This document shows, piece after piece, positions 1-9,069 of a DNA stretch of 64,000 nt. The notes under the pieces were generated by a model. That model saw only the letters and a list, made by a program, of their open reading frames with translations. It was not told where the DNA came from and searched no databases. Position 1 is the first letter of the stretch, and every line of letters begins with the position of its first letter. A program made the position numbers and the translations under genes. Origin of the DNA: a virus. Its lineage: Duplodnaviria > Caudoviricetes. Location: positions 11,384-75,383 of the IMG/VR virus record IMGVR_UViG_3300020576_002141. The stretch is one strand, 5' to 3'.

Positions 1-495
1 CAATCTAAAAATAACAAACAAGGGAGAGATGGTGAAATAGATTCCGATACGGTGTCTAAGTATATTGCTGATTTGGAGTTTCAATCCAACCAATCATTTC
101 ATCGATATCAGAATCACTTAAAAACAGGAATAGCAAGAGAATTGTGTAGAATGGAATTACCGGTAAACCTCTATACAGAATGGTACTGGAGATTCGATCT
201 GCATAATCTACTACATTTCTTGAAGTTGAGAATGGATCCACATGCTCAACAAGAAATACAAGATTATGCTAAGACAATGTTCTCTCTTGTAAAAACTAAG
301 TTTCCGATAATAATGGAAGCATTCGAGGATTATACGTTAAATGCTAAGTGCTTTTCTTATCATGAAATGAATCTACTGAAGAAAATGGTAAACACAGGTA
401 ATATTACTTTACCAGCGGATCCTAAAGAGTTACAACAAGAAACCGGATTAAGCAAGAGAGAAATAGAAGAGTTTTGGGCTAAGATTAAAAACTAA
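1..495 (+). CDS. thyX: Flavin-dependent thymidylate synthase ThyX, C-terminal part (5' end outside window)
   Basis: Frame is open from base 1 (QSKNNKQGR...). Contains ARELCRMELPVNLYTEWYWRFDLHNLLHFLKLRMDPHAQQEI, the typical ThyX C-terminal motifs. Confidence 0.92.
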   Translation, partial: QSKNNKQGRDGEIDSDTVSKYIADLEFQSNQSFHRYQNHLKTGIARELCRMELPVNLYTEWYWRFDLHNLLHFLKLRMDPHAQQEIQDYAKTMFSLVKTKFPIIMEAFEDYTLNAKCFSYHEMNLLKKMVNTGNITLPADPKELQQETGLSKREIEEFWAKIKN

Positions 496-504
496 AGGAG
501 CAGT

Positions 505-3108
505 ATGTATACGTATCAGGAAGCACTAGAAGAATCTACAAAGTACTTTAATGGAAACGAATACGCAGCTAGAATATTTGTAGATAAGTATGCGTTAAAG
601 AATGGCAACATCATCATGGAGAAGACTCCTGATGCCATGCACCACCGTTTAGCTAAGGAGTTTGCTAGAATACAAAAAAAGAAATACGGTAATAAAGCTC
701 TATCTGAAGAAGAGATATATTCTTACCTAAAAGATTTCAGCAAGATTATTCCGCAAGGATCTCCTTGCTTTGCTATAGGCAACCCTTATCAGATTGCCAG
801 TATTTCTAACTGTTTCGTCGTTGAATCTCCTATTGATAGCTACGGTGGTATTTGTAAGACAGACGAAGAGTTAGCTCAAATCTCAAAGAGACGCGGTGGT
901 GTTGGAGCTGATATAACAAATATTCGCCCCAGAAATACACCTACTAAAAACTCTTCTCGGTACTCTACTGGTATTCTTCTATTCATGAATAGGTATTCAA
1001 ACACTATTAGAGAAGTTGGTCAAGATGGTCGACGCGGTGCTCTGATGCTTTCTTGCGATATTCATCACCCAGAATCTGTGATTCCTTGGGACCCTGCGAT
1101 ACATGGTGAAGAGTTTGAAACAGAGATTAATAACAAGGAACTTGGTAAATATAAGATTTCGTCTAAGTGGTATAATCCAAAGGTATTGGATTTCGCTACT
1201 TCCAAGTACGACTCTTCGAAAGTAACGGGGGCTAATATCTCTCTTCGTCTATCTGATGAATTTTTGAATGCCGTAGAAAATGATACTACATTCGAGAAGA
1301 GATGGCCGCCAGAAAATCCAACGTATAGAGAGAATATTTCAGCTAGAGCTGTGTGGGATAAGATTATCTATTCTGCTTGGAGAACAGCAGAACCCGGTAT
1401 TCTTTTCTGGGATAACATCATTCGAGAAAGCCCGGCTGATTGTTATTCGGATGTAGGATTTAAAACTATAAGCACAAACCCGTGTTCCGAAATCCCGCTT
1501 TCTGCCAATGATTCGTGCCGATTGTTGGTTATCAATTTGTTTGCCTTTGTGAGGAATCCTTATACCAAAGATGCTTACTTTGACTACGAAGAGTTTTATA
1601 AAGTTTCAGAAATAGCGCAGAGACTAATGGATGATATTGTAGATCTCGAAGAAGAGTGTATCGAAAGAATCATAAGCAAGATTCAATCAGATCCAGAATC
1701 TGTGGATATTAAGTCTCGCGAGCTATCTTTGTGGAAGAAGATGTTAATAGCTTGTCAAAATGGTAGAAGAACCGGAACGGGCATTACGGCTCTCGGTGAC
1801 ACTTTAGCTGCTATAAACGTTAACTATGGTAGCAAAGAAGGAGTAGATTGTGTTGGCAACATATACAAAGTCATGAAATTCGGTTGCTTCTCTGCTTCTG
1901 TAGATATGGCAGAAGAGCTTGGTGCTTTTCCTGTCTGGGATAGGAATAAAGAAGTTGGTAATCCATTCCTTAATAGAATACGAGAGGAAACAGTTGATCT
2001 TCGCCCGCACGAAACAGCCAAAGGAAACGAATCTTTGTTTATTTCCGGCGCAGCTATATGGGAGAAGATGCAGCGAGTCGGAAGAAGAAATATTGCTTGT
2101 TTAACAACCGCTCCCGTTGGAACTATATCATCTTTGACTAAGTTACTAAAGAGGTTTGGATCTACATCTGGCGTTGAACCTCATTATTCTTGGTCTCCGT
2201 ATACCAGAAAAAAGAAGGGCAATCCAACAGATCAAGACTTCAGAACAGATTCCGTTGATCAAAATGGAGATCATTGGATGCATTTTAAGATCTATCCTAC
2301 TGGTATACAAGAATGGATAGAAGCTACTGGAAACGAAAACATAAAGGAATCTCCGTTTTACGGTAATACTGCTGAAGAAATAGACTGGGAGCTTAGAGTG
2401 GAGTTACAATCTGCTGCTCAAAAACACATCGATCATGCTATATCAAGTACGGTAAACTTGCCTAACTCGGCTACTGTTGAAGATGTCGCGAAAGTATATA
2501 ACGCAGCTTGGAAAAAAGGATGCAAGGGAATCACTGTCTATAGAGACAAGTGTAGAACGGGAGTTCTTGTAAAAGATGAGACCCCTGGTATCCCTGTATC
2601 GATTACAAAGACTACTGCTCCAAAGAGACTGAAATCTATGACATGCGAAGTTTATCATAGTACAGTAAAGGGAGAAGTATATTTCGTTGTAATAGGTTTA
2701 CTGGATGGTCAACCTTACGAAGTGTTCGCCGGTCAGGGAGATAATATCAAATCTGGAAAAGGAACCCTTCACAAGGTAAGCAGAGGTCATTACCGACTTA
2801 CTACTGAACACGGCGAATCGATTGAAAACATATGCGATTTACTTACAGACGAACAAGCTGTAATAACCAGAATGATTAGTCTTTCTTTGAGACACGGATC
2901 TGATATCCAGTTTATTGTTGACCAGATAGAGAAGTCTCCCGGAGACATGTATGGCTTCGGAAAAGCTGTCGGAAGAATACTAAAGAAGTACATTCCAGAC
3001 GGCGCCAAAGTGTCTGGACAGACGTGCGAAACCTGCGGAGGAACTAATCTAGTACGCCAAGAAGGGTGTATTTCTTGTAAGGATTGTGGAAACAGCAAGT
3101 GCGGATAA
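505..3108 (+). CDS. nrdJ: Class II (adenosylcobalamin-dependent) ribonucleotide reductase with C-terminal TSCPD-like domain and Zn ribbon
   Basis: PQGSP...SNCFV, RRGGVG, RRGALM, TNPCSEIPL (NPCxE catalytic motif), TTAPVGTIS, SGVEP, ISSTVNLP, KGITVYRD; C-terminal CETC...CKDC. SD AAGGAG upstream. Confidence 0.93.
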   Translation: MYTYQEALEESTKYFNGNEYAARIFVDKYALKNGNIIMEKTPDAMHHRLAKEFARIQKKKYGNKALSEEEIYSYLKDFSKIIPQGSPCFAIGNPYQIASISNCFVVESPIDSYGGICKTDEELAQISKRRGGVGADITNIRPRNTPTKNSSRYSTGILLFMNRYSNTIREVGQDGRRGALMLSCDIHHPESVIPWDPAIHGEEFETEINNKELGKYKISSKWYNPKVLDFATSKYDSSKVTGANISLRLSDEFLNAVENDTTFEKRWPPENPTYRENISARAVWDKIIYSAWRTAEPGILFWDNIIRESPADCYSDVGFKTISTNPCSEIPLSANDSCRLLVINLFAFVRNPYTKDAYFDYEEFYKVSEIAQRLMDDIVDLEEECIERIISKIQSDPESVDIKSRELSLWKKMLIACQNGRRTGTGITALGDTLAAINVNYGSKEGVDCVGNIYKVMKFGCFSASVDMAEELGAFPVWDRNKEVGNPFLNRIREETVDLRPHETAKGNESLFISGAAIWEKMQRVGRRNIACLTTAPVGTISSLTKLLKRFGSTSGVEPHYSWSPYTRKKKGNPTDQDFRTDSVDQNGDHWMHFKIYPTGIQEWIEATGNENIKESPFYGNTAEEIDWELRVELQSAAQKHIDHAISSTVNLPNSATVEDVAKVYNAAWKKGCKGITVYRDKCRTGVLVKDETPGIPVSITKTTAPKRLKSMTCEVYHSTVKGEVYFVVIGLLDGQPYEVFAGQGDNIKSGKGTLHKVSRGHYRLTTEHGESIENICDLLTDEQAVITRMISLSLRHGSDIQFIVDQIEKSPGDMYGFGKAVGRILKKYIPDGAKVSGQTCETCGGTNLVRQEGCISCKDCGNSKCG

Positions 3109-3110
3109 TG

Positions 3111-3144
3111 TGTGGGCAGCGAGAAAGACGCTGCCCATATTTTT
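3111..3144 (+). terminator. Rho-independent terminator after nrdJ
   Basis: TGGGCAGCG-AGAAAGA-CGCTGCCCA stem-loop followed by TATTTTT, immediately after the nrdJ stop. Confidence 0.75.
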
Positions 3145-3159
3145 CTAAATACCTGTACA

Positions 3160-3852
3160 ATGGCAATCATATATTTGGTAACAAACAACATAAATGGTAA
3201 AAAATACGTAGGATTTACCGTTGATTCTTTAGCAAAACGATGGGCTCGACATTTACGCGACGCAAGTAGAGGATCTAATTATGTTTTTCATATGGCATTA
3301 CAGAAATATGGTCCCGAAAATTTTACCATTAAAGAATTGATTTCTTGTGAAGATGCCAAATATGCTCTTGAATTTTTAGAACCTCACTACATTTTACTTG
3401 AAAATAGTTTTATCAGAGCACCAAATGGTGGTGGGTATAACATGACCCTTGGTGGAAAAGGCAGTCTAGGCCTCACGCATTCGGAAGAAACAAAGCAAAA
3501 AATGAGTGAAATTAAATCGGGCGAAAAAAGTCCGTGGTTTGGTAAAAGACACACAGAAGAAACAAAGCAAAAAATGAAAACCTCTGCAATAGGCAGGACG
3601 CATACCGAGGAATCAAAGAAGAAAATGAGCCTGAAACAAACAGGGCGTATATGCTCCGACGAAACTCGAAAAAAAATGAGTCTATCTAGACAGAATGTTT
3701 CCCAAGAAACCCGAGAAAAAATAGGGAAATCTTCTAAAGGTCGTATTGTTTCAGAAGAAACTAGAAAAAAACTAAGCAAAGCCCTAACAGGAAGATCATC
3801 AAGTCAAATAAAAAGAAATAAAGAGGCATCTAATGAAAATAGCTGCCATTGA
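3160..3852 (+). CDS. Free-standing GIY-YIG homing endonuclease with NUMOD3 repeats
   Basis: Likely start is ATG 3160 (MAIIYLVTNNINGKKYVG, GIY-YIG motif), with GYNMTLGG and six HSEETKQKMS-type repeats. The ORF-track start at 3112 lies inside the terminator. Confidence 0.9.
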   Translation: MAIIYLVTNNINGKKYVGFTVDSLAKRWARHLRDASRGSNYVFHMALQKYGPENFTIKELISCEDAKYALEFLEPHYILLENSFIRAPNGGGYNMTLGGKGSLGLTHSEETKQKMSEIKSGEKSPWFGKRHTEETKQKMKTSAIGRTHTEESKKKMSLKQTGRICSDETRKKMSLSRQNVSQETREKIGKSSKGRIVSEETRKKLSKALTGRSSSQIKRNKEASNENSCH

Positions 3853-4372
3853 CTATTCGATGACATGTCCTTCTGTTACTACCTTCTCAGGCGGTCCTTT
3901 CACATTCGAAAATACCAAGTCGTATTTCCGCACTAGTACAAATAAGTATGTAGGACAATTTGGAAATATAAAGGGCACAGAAATACAAGAGTATAAATCA
4001 GAAATGGAAAGATATATCAACCACGCACAATGGGTATTATCCATTGTACGAGGATGTGATATGGTTGCTATAGAAGGGTATTCTATGGGCAGCAGAGGTA
4101 AAGTTTTTCACATAGCCGAAAATACTGCTATATTGAAGTATATTCTTTTCCAGAATAATATTCCATTCATAACAGTCCCACCAACAAGAGTCAAAAAGCA
4201 CGCCTGTAAAGGCAACGCATCAAAGGAGGAAATGTATGAAGCATTTGTAAAGTTAACTAAATCTGACTTGAAAAAAACTATAGAATACAATGCTAAGAAA
4301 ATAGCAAGTCCTATAGGAGATATCGTAGATAGTTTTTTTATATGTAAGTATCTTCACGATAAGGGAGAATAG
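3833..4372 (+). CDS. RuvC-like Holliday junction resolvase
   Basis: N-terminal KIAAIDYSMTCP, VAIEGYSMG, VPPTRVKKHACKGNASKEEM and DIVDSFFI match the RuvC acidic catalytic pattern. Confidence 0.8.
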   Translation: MKIAAIDYSMTCPSVTTFSGGPFTFENTKSYFRTSTNKYVGQFGNIKGTEIQEYKSEMERYINHAQWVLSIVRGCDMVAIEGYSMGSRGKVFHIAENTAILKYILFQNNIPFITVPPTRVKKHACKGNASKEEMYEAFVKLTKSDLKKTIEYNAKKIASPIGDIVDSFFICKYLHDKGE

Positions 4373-4373
4373 A

Positions 4374-6113
4374 ATGTCCAAAAAGAAGGGTTCCAAGGCG
4401 GATGCCTTAGTTGGCGATAATATGATGCCAGTTGAACCTGTACTACAGAAAGCCAGCTTTCCAGGTGTAATCGTTTCTGCTAAAAATGAAGGACAGAAGG
4501 AAGCCATACGAACAATAGAAACACATGAAGTTTCTATTCTATCAGGCGTTCCGGGAACAGGCAAAGCACAACCTCTCGATTCTACAATTTATACCCCAAA
4601 CGGTAAAATGAGGTTTGGTGATATCAGGGTAGGAGACGATGTTTGTACCCCCGATGGAAAAACTGCTAAAGTAATAGGTATATACCCACAAGGAAAAAAA
4701 GAAGTATATAAAATTACATTTAAGGACGGCAGTACAGTAGAATGTTGCCTGGAACACCTGTGGAAAATATACTTTAAAAACAACAAACATAAATCCCGGA
4801 TAGTAGATACCAAGTATATTTTAGAAAATTTTAATAGAAGAACAATATCTATAGAGGCTACCAGACCTGTAGATTTTGCCGAAAGTTCAGTATTAATTCC
4901 CCCTTATTTGTTGGGTTTACTATTAGGAGATGGTGGATTTTCTAACTCTAACATAACACTCACAACAGCCGACGAATCTATTGTTGTTGGTGTTCGATCT
5001 ATCTTGTCTGAAAAATATCAGTTAAAAATCAAGAAAAATTCGGAAATAGATTATAGGATAGTAAAAACAGAAAAAACTTCTAGTAAAAACGAATATAAAG
5101 ATGCGCTACGCATATATGGTCTTTGGGGATTAAAATCCAACGAAAAACACATACCTCATCCATATCTTTATGGTTCAATAGATCAACGCAAAGATTTATT
5201 GCGGGGATTGATGGATAGTGATGGCTGGGTGGAGAAGAACGGGCAGGTTTGCTATTGTTCTACATCAAAGCAACTTATAGAAGACTTTACAGAATTAATA
5301 AACTCGCTTGGTGGAAGAGTATACCTGCATTCTTCTATACCCTCATACAGATATAAGGGCGAAAAGAAATATGGAAAATTGTGCTATACCGCATCCATTG
5401 TAATAGATAACCCCGAAGATTTATTTACTCTCGAAAGGGAAAAAATCCGAATAAAGCCAAGGAGAAAGTACTTTTCTAAAAATATTATTAGGAGTATAGA
5501 GAAAATTGGTGAAAAAGAATGCCAATGTATTATGATTGATTCGCCGGATCATCTATATTTAACAAACCATTTCATACCTACACACAACACCCACCTCGCA
5601 GTAGGTTTGGCTCTAAAAGATCTCTTTGCTCGAAAATATGAAAGAGTCATCTTGACTCGTCCGTATGTGGAAGCAGGAGAGCACCTTGGCTTTTTGCCGG
5701 GTGGTTATAATAATAAAATCGCACCCTTTATGTATCCCATCGTAGAGATTATGTCTCAATATATAAAAAGCAAAGATTTGATTACGAAACTTATAGATAA
5801 CGGAAATATCTCTGTTGTTCCTTTGGCTTATATGAGAGGGTGTACATTCAAGAACTCTTTTGTAGTAGCAGACGAATGTCAGAATACAACTGTATCTCAA
5901 ATGCGAATGCTTCTTACTAGAATAGGTGACAACTCAAAGTTAGTCATCACCGGTGATGTGGAACAATCAGATATTGGATATAAAAACGGTCTTATGGATG
6001 CCATAGACCGTCTTCAAGATATCAAGGAGATTGGATTTCACAACATGGGAGAAGAATGTTGCGTAAGATCTGGCATAGTAGCCAAGATCGAAATGAAGTA
6101 TAGAAATAAGTAA
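4374..6113 (+). CDS. phoH: PhoH-family ATPase interrupted by an intein
   Basis: KNEGQKEAI, GVPGTGK|THLA (Walker A split by the intein), TRPYVEAGEHLGFLPG, LAYMRGCTF, VADECQN, RMLLTRIG, TGDVEQSD. Confidence 0.93.
   Translation: MSKKKGSKADALVGDNMMPVEPVLQKASFPGVIVSAKNEGQKEAIRTIETHEVSILSGVPGTGKAQPLDSTIYTPNGKMRFGDIRVGDDVCTPDGKTAKVIGIYPQGKKEVYKITFKDGSTVECCLEHLWKIYFKNNKHKSRIVDTKYILENFNRRTISIEATRPVDFAESSVLIPPYLLGLLLGDGGFSNSNITLTTADESIVVGVRSILSEKYQLKIKKNSEIDYRIVKTEKTSSKNEYKDALRIYGLWGLKSNEKHIPHPYLYGSIDQRKDLLRGLMDSDGWVEKNGQVCYCSTSKQLIEDFTELINSLGGRVYLHSSIPSYRYKGEKKYGKLCYTASIVIDNPEDLFTLEREKIRIKPRRKYFSKNIIRSIEKIGEKECQCIMIDSPDHLYLTNHFIPTHNTHLAVGLALKDLFARKYERVILTRPYVEAGEHLGFLPGGYNNKIAPFMYPIVEIMSQYIKSKDLITKLIDNGNISVVPLAYMRGCTFKNSFVVADECQNTTVSQMRMLLTRIGDNSKLVITGDVEQSDIGYKNGLMDAIDRLQDIKEIGFHNMGEECCVRSGIVAKIEMKYRNK
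4566..5588 (+). mobile_element. Class 3-type intein (341 aa) with LAGLIDADG endonuclease, inserted in the PhoH P-loop
   Basis: Starts AQPLD; block B ECCLEHLW; LAGLIDADG motifs YLLGLLLGDG and LLRGLMDSDG; block F ECQCIMID; ends FIPTHN followed by Thr+1. Confidence 0.9.
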
Positions 6114-6118
6114 AAATG

Positions 6119-6152
6119 AAAACAGGGTTTGAAGAAACCCTGTTTTTTTTTG
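6119..6152. terminator. Bidirectional intrinsic terminator
   Basis: AAAACAGGGTTT-GAAG-AAACCCTGTTTT with T/A tracts, between convergent genes. Confidence 0.85.
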
Positions 6153-6160
6153 TTGTTTTG

Positions 6161-6259
6161 TTATCTGTGCGCGTCGTCTTCTAGATCTTCCCAGAATTCT
6201 TCCCACGACTCAGGAAGATCAACTTGTTTACTTTCGTTACGTTCTATCAAGTCAGACAT
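6161..6259 (-). CDS. Possible 32-aa acidic peptide (MSDLIERNESKQVDLPESWEEFWEDLEDDAHR)
   Basis: Fills the gap between the 6285 ORF and the terminator in the same orientation; not in the ORF track. Confidence 0.4.
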   Translation of the reverse strand: MSDLIERNESKQVDLPESWEEFWEDLEDDAHR

Positions 6260-6284
6260 ATTCCAATCAAACTCAAGTTGAGCA

Positions 6285-6467
6285 TCATTTCTTGCGGAAT
6301 TTTTCTCTAGATTCGAATCCTGGGTCATCTATTTCTCCTTCTTGGAAAGTGTCAATGTTTCTGATCTTTTGATTGATTTTCTGCTTCTCTTTAATACGTT
6401 GTATCTTCTTATATGATTTTCTTCCATCGTATTTATCAAAAGCATCAAATCTATTATCCTTGTTCAT
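6285..6467 (-). CDS. Hypothetical protein
   Basis: ATG overlaps the upstream gene's TGA; co-directional with the operon. Confidence 0.65.
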   Translation of the reverse strand: MNKDNRFDAFDKYDGRKSYKKIQRIKEKQKINQKIRNIDTFQEGEIDDPGFESREKFRKK

Positions 6468-6871
6468 GGTATAAGTCCGGGAAACGCATCATTTATAATT
6501 TTCTTGTTAAGTCTTAGTAATAGTTTTCCAGAGAAACGCTGATGAAGAAGACTTGCTTCTCCTGTATCGATTGATTCCAGAATCTCAGTAAGAAGTTGGT
6601 CCTTCTTTTCTTTCTTTAAAGAATAGTTTTCCGTAAAGATATAGAACTTTCTGTATACGTTATACAGCGTTTGGTAACTATATCCTACGGGGGCTGGGTC
6701 TTTCTTGTATTCTGGCGGGGTCGATGTATAAAGTTTTACATCAGGGTGAAACAGAAACTTCAATACTTCTCGCAAGGCAGGACTGTCGTTTTCTTTTAGA
6801 ATCTTTACTTTGTGTCTTGCTTCCTTGGCGTTCGATGCTTCATTAATAACTTCCGAAATAAGCTTAGTCAT
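6464..6871 (-). CDS. Conserved T4-like phage hypothetical protein (usually next to RNase H)
   Basis: LISEVINEASNAK...KVKILKENDSPALREVLK pattern resembles a hypothetical protein common in T4-like myophages. Confidence 0.7.
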   Translation of the reverse strand: MTKLISEVINEASNAKEARHKVKILKENDSPALREVLKFLFHPDVKLYTSTPPEYKKDPAPVGYSYQTLYNVYRKFYIFTENYSLKKEKKDQLLTEILESIDTGEASLLHQRFSGKLLLRLNKKIINDAFPGLIP

Positions 6872-7726
6872 TTAATACTCTCCAATATGCTCCATCAAAT
6901 ACTTCATTCCATATTTGATAAAATAGTCAATCATTCTACTTCTGTCCTTCGATTCAGAAGATTCATACATATTTATAATTTTCTCTTGTATGTCTTGCGG
7001 AATACACTCAAAATCAATCAAAGTCCTATTCCGAGCATAATTTTCTGGATTTTCAAGGTTTCTTGTCCAATCCGAGTCGTTTAAGAATGACTGGTAGAGC
7101 ATGTCTACCTTCTTGGAGCTAAGAGATCTTTGACGCTTTCCTTCTACTTCAAAGGTATCGTCATCTGATAATATGTTAGGAATACCATCGGATGTATCAC
7201 CGCGCAGCACATGCTCAAAGAGGTACTTTGCTGGATCATCGCTGGATATCTGCTTCTTTAGAATAGGACTATATTGATGTACATTTCTGTATTTCTGAAG
7301 CTGTACGAAATCTGTATCAGAGCTTATAATCTGTATTGCTTCGCCACCTGCGTAGTTTTTACAAATAACAGCTATCAAATCATCAGCTTCGCAATTTTCT
7401 AAGTGAAGTACCTTATATGGCATAAACTCTTTCATTTCCTCTCTTACTTTAGAAAGGAAATCAAACAGCTTCTTCCAATCAAAATCCGATGTTTCTCGAT
7501 TCTTTTTACGGTTGGACTTATAGTACTTATAGACACTCTTTCTCCAAGAGTTATGTCCATCGTAGCACAAAACAATCTCCCCATAGGTTTTTGATTGCTT
7601 TTGCTTTATTGTTCTTAACGTATTCAAAATAATATGTCTAATCAGATTTTCATCATAGACTGGGCTGCCTTTTGATTCGGCCATGATCCCGGCTATGGTT
7701 ATCTGATTCATGTCAACAAGTATCAT
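6872..7726 (-). CDS. rnh: T4-type RNase H / 5'-3' exonuclease
   Basis: Likely start ATG 7726 (MILVDMNQI; TGATG overlap, GGAG SD). Motifs WRKSVYKYYKSNRK, EADDLIA, ISSDTDFVQLQ, LRGDTSDGIPNILS. Confidence 0.92.
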   Translation of the reverse strand: MILVDMNQITIAGIMAESKGSPVYDENLIRHIILNTLRTIKQKQSKTYGEIVLCYDGHNSWRKSVYKYYKSNRKKNRETSDFDWKKLFDFLSKVREEMKEFMPYKVLHLENCEADDLIAVICKNYAGGEAIQIISSDTDFVQLQKYRNVHQYSPILKKQISSDDPAKYLFEHVLRGDTSDGIPNILSDDDTFEVEGKRQRSLSSKKVDMLYQSFLNDSDWTRNLENPENYARNRTLIDFECIPQDIQEKIINMYESSESKDRSRMIDYFIKYGMKYLMEHIGEY

Positions 7727-8919
7727 CAATATACTCCAAGAATGATCGTATCTTCGTTTATTCTTCCAGAACATTCATAGGAAGATGTTTTTATAGAGTC
7801 CAGAGAACTTTTAACAGCTCTGATACCCTTGTCTTTGATCTCTTTCATAAACTCTGCGGGTTTTCTTATTTTCTTTGTGTAGGATTTAGAGATAGATGAA
7901 TCAAAGTCGATAATAGTGCTTCCCTTGATGGATAGCCCGTGCGAGCTGTTGGCTTCTATAATAGTAGCCTTTGCTGACTGGGTGTTATACAAAAGTACTT
8001 TTTCTGCTCCTATTATCTTAGTAGGAGAAAGAGACTTAATCCCAAGAGTCTTATCTTCTTGTTGATACTTGACTTTCTTGCACATATCGACAGGAGACTT
8101 CTTTCTCTTCTTACGTATGGTTATAGTCTTATTGGCTTCACCATACTGCTTACATGAAAGAATAATCTCATTGAGAAAATCTTTGTACTCCTTGATTCCT
8201 GCTTTAGAATAGCAGGAATAGGCATTTTCTTTCATGTCTTCCTCGAACAAAGATAAAACACCAGTAAACCAAGATGCGATTTTGTCACATTGGTTTGGCT
8301 TTACGTTCTTTGTATGTAAGATATCTTTTACAGTTATAGTTTTTTCTTGCTTCTTTTGAACCTTTTTGCTAGCTATCTCTTCTTTCTTTTGTTCAAATAT
8401 AGCTATACTGGATATACCAGAACTGACTGTTTCTAGCTTGGTGTCAGCCATTTTCTCTAGATCACCTATGACTCCATATATTTTCTCGTTCGTTCTTTCT
8501 CTTATGGAGATAACAGGTTCGGTAGTTTCTACTGCTTCCTTTGGTTTACTCTTTTCTTTGTTTATTAAATGAGTTAAGCACTTATTCAAAGAATCTATAT
8601 CTTCTTTTCTAACAGGTGCTCCCAGTGAAAGCATTCGGCACATCATGCCTACATTAAATCCATACAAACCAGGAATATCCCCATATTTAATGGAGATATC
8701 CATATTTTGAATAGATTGAATATCTTCCTTTGAAAACTTATTGGACTTCATGTATTCTATAGTCCACTTTTTACATTCAGAATCACTGGACATATAGTTA
8801 TACCAAGAGAATGCTCTTGCTAAAGCACAATCTCTATCTACATCGGTTTCGAATTTTTCAGTCCAAGTGGGTTCGGTGCCATAATGGACTACTTCAGTAT
8901 TTATTGCTTTTTTAGCCAT
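7726..8919 (-). CDS. Conserved T4-like phage hypothetical protein
   Basis: 397-aa ORF; C-terminal SPTKIIGAEKVLLYNTQ...IKGSTIIDFD...IRKP...GRINEDTIIL resembles a conserved myophage protein. Confidence 0.7.
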   Translation of the reverse strand: MAKKAINTEVVHYGTEPTWTEKFETDVDRDCALARAFSWYNYMSSDSECKKWTIEYMKSNKFSKEDIQSIQNMDISIKYGDIPGLYGFNVGMMCRMLSLGAPVRKEDIDSLNKCLTHLINKEKSKPKEAVETTEPVISIRERTNEKIYGVIGDLEKMADTKLETVSSGISSIAIFEQKKEEIASKKVQKKQEKTITVKDILHTKNVKPNQCDKIASWFTGVLSLFEEDMKENAYSCYSKAGIKEYKDFLNEIILSCKQYGEANKTITIRKKRKKSPVDMCKKVKYQQEDKTLGIKSLSPTKIIGAEKVLLYNTQSAKATIIEANSSHGLSIKGSTIIDFDSSISKSYTKKIRKPAEFMKEIKDKGIRAVKSSLDSIKTSSYECSGRINEDTIILGVY

Positions 8920-8952
8920 ATTTCTCGATCTTTACTAAAACTATACATATAT

Positions 8953-8980
8953 AGTATATGTTCAAATAATGTAAAGTCAA
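8953..8980 (-). promoter_or_regulatory. Sigma70-type promoter (leftward)
   Basis: Minus strand TTGACT-N16-TATACT, about 35 nt upstream of the 8919 start. Confidence 0.7.
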
Positions 8981-9003
8981 GTGAAAAAGAACTATAGTTT
9001 CAG

Positions 9004-9031
9004 TTGACTTAAGATTTCTGTTGACTATACT
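9004..9031 (+). promoter_or_regulatory. Sigma70-type promoter (rightward) driving the tRNA cluster
   Basis: TTGACT-N16-TATACT, followed by hairpin GTGTTTGAT-AA-ATCGAACAC (9041-9060) and the first tRNA. Confidence 0.7.
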
Positions 9032-9069
9032 ACTATGTTCGTGTTTGATAAATCGAACACAGAATGCTT

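Noticed and set aside
3387-3779. Antisense ORFs over NUMOD3 and collagen repeats (e.g. 3387-3779, 60091-60339, 45248-45574) and other short overlapping ORFs in the track
   Set aside because: Shadow frames of repetitive or real genes on the other strand or frame; no SD and no recognisable motifs.
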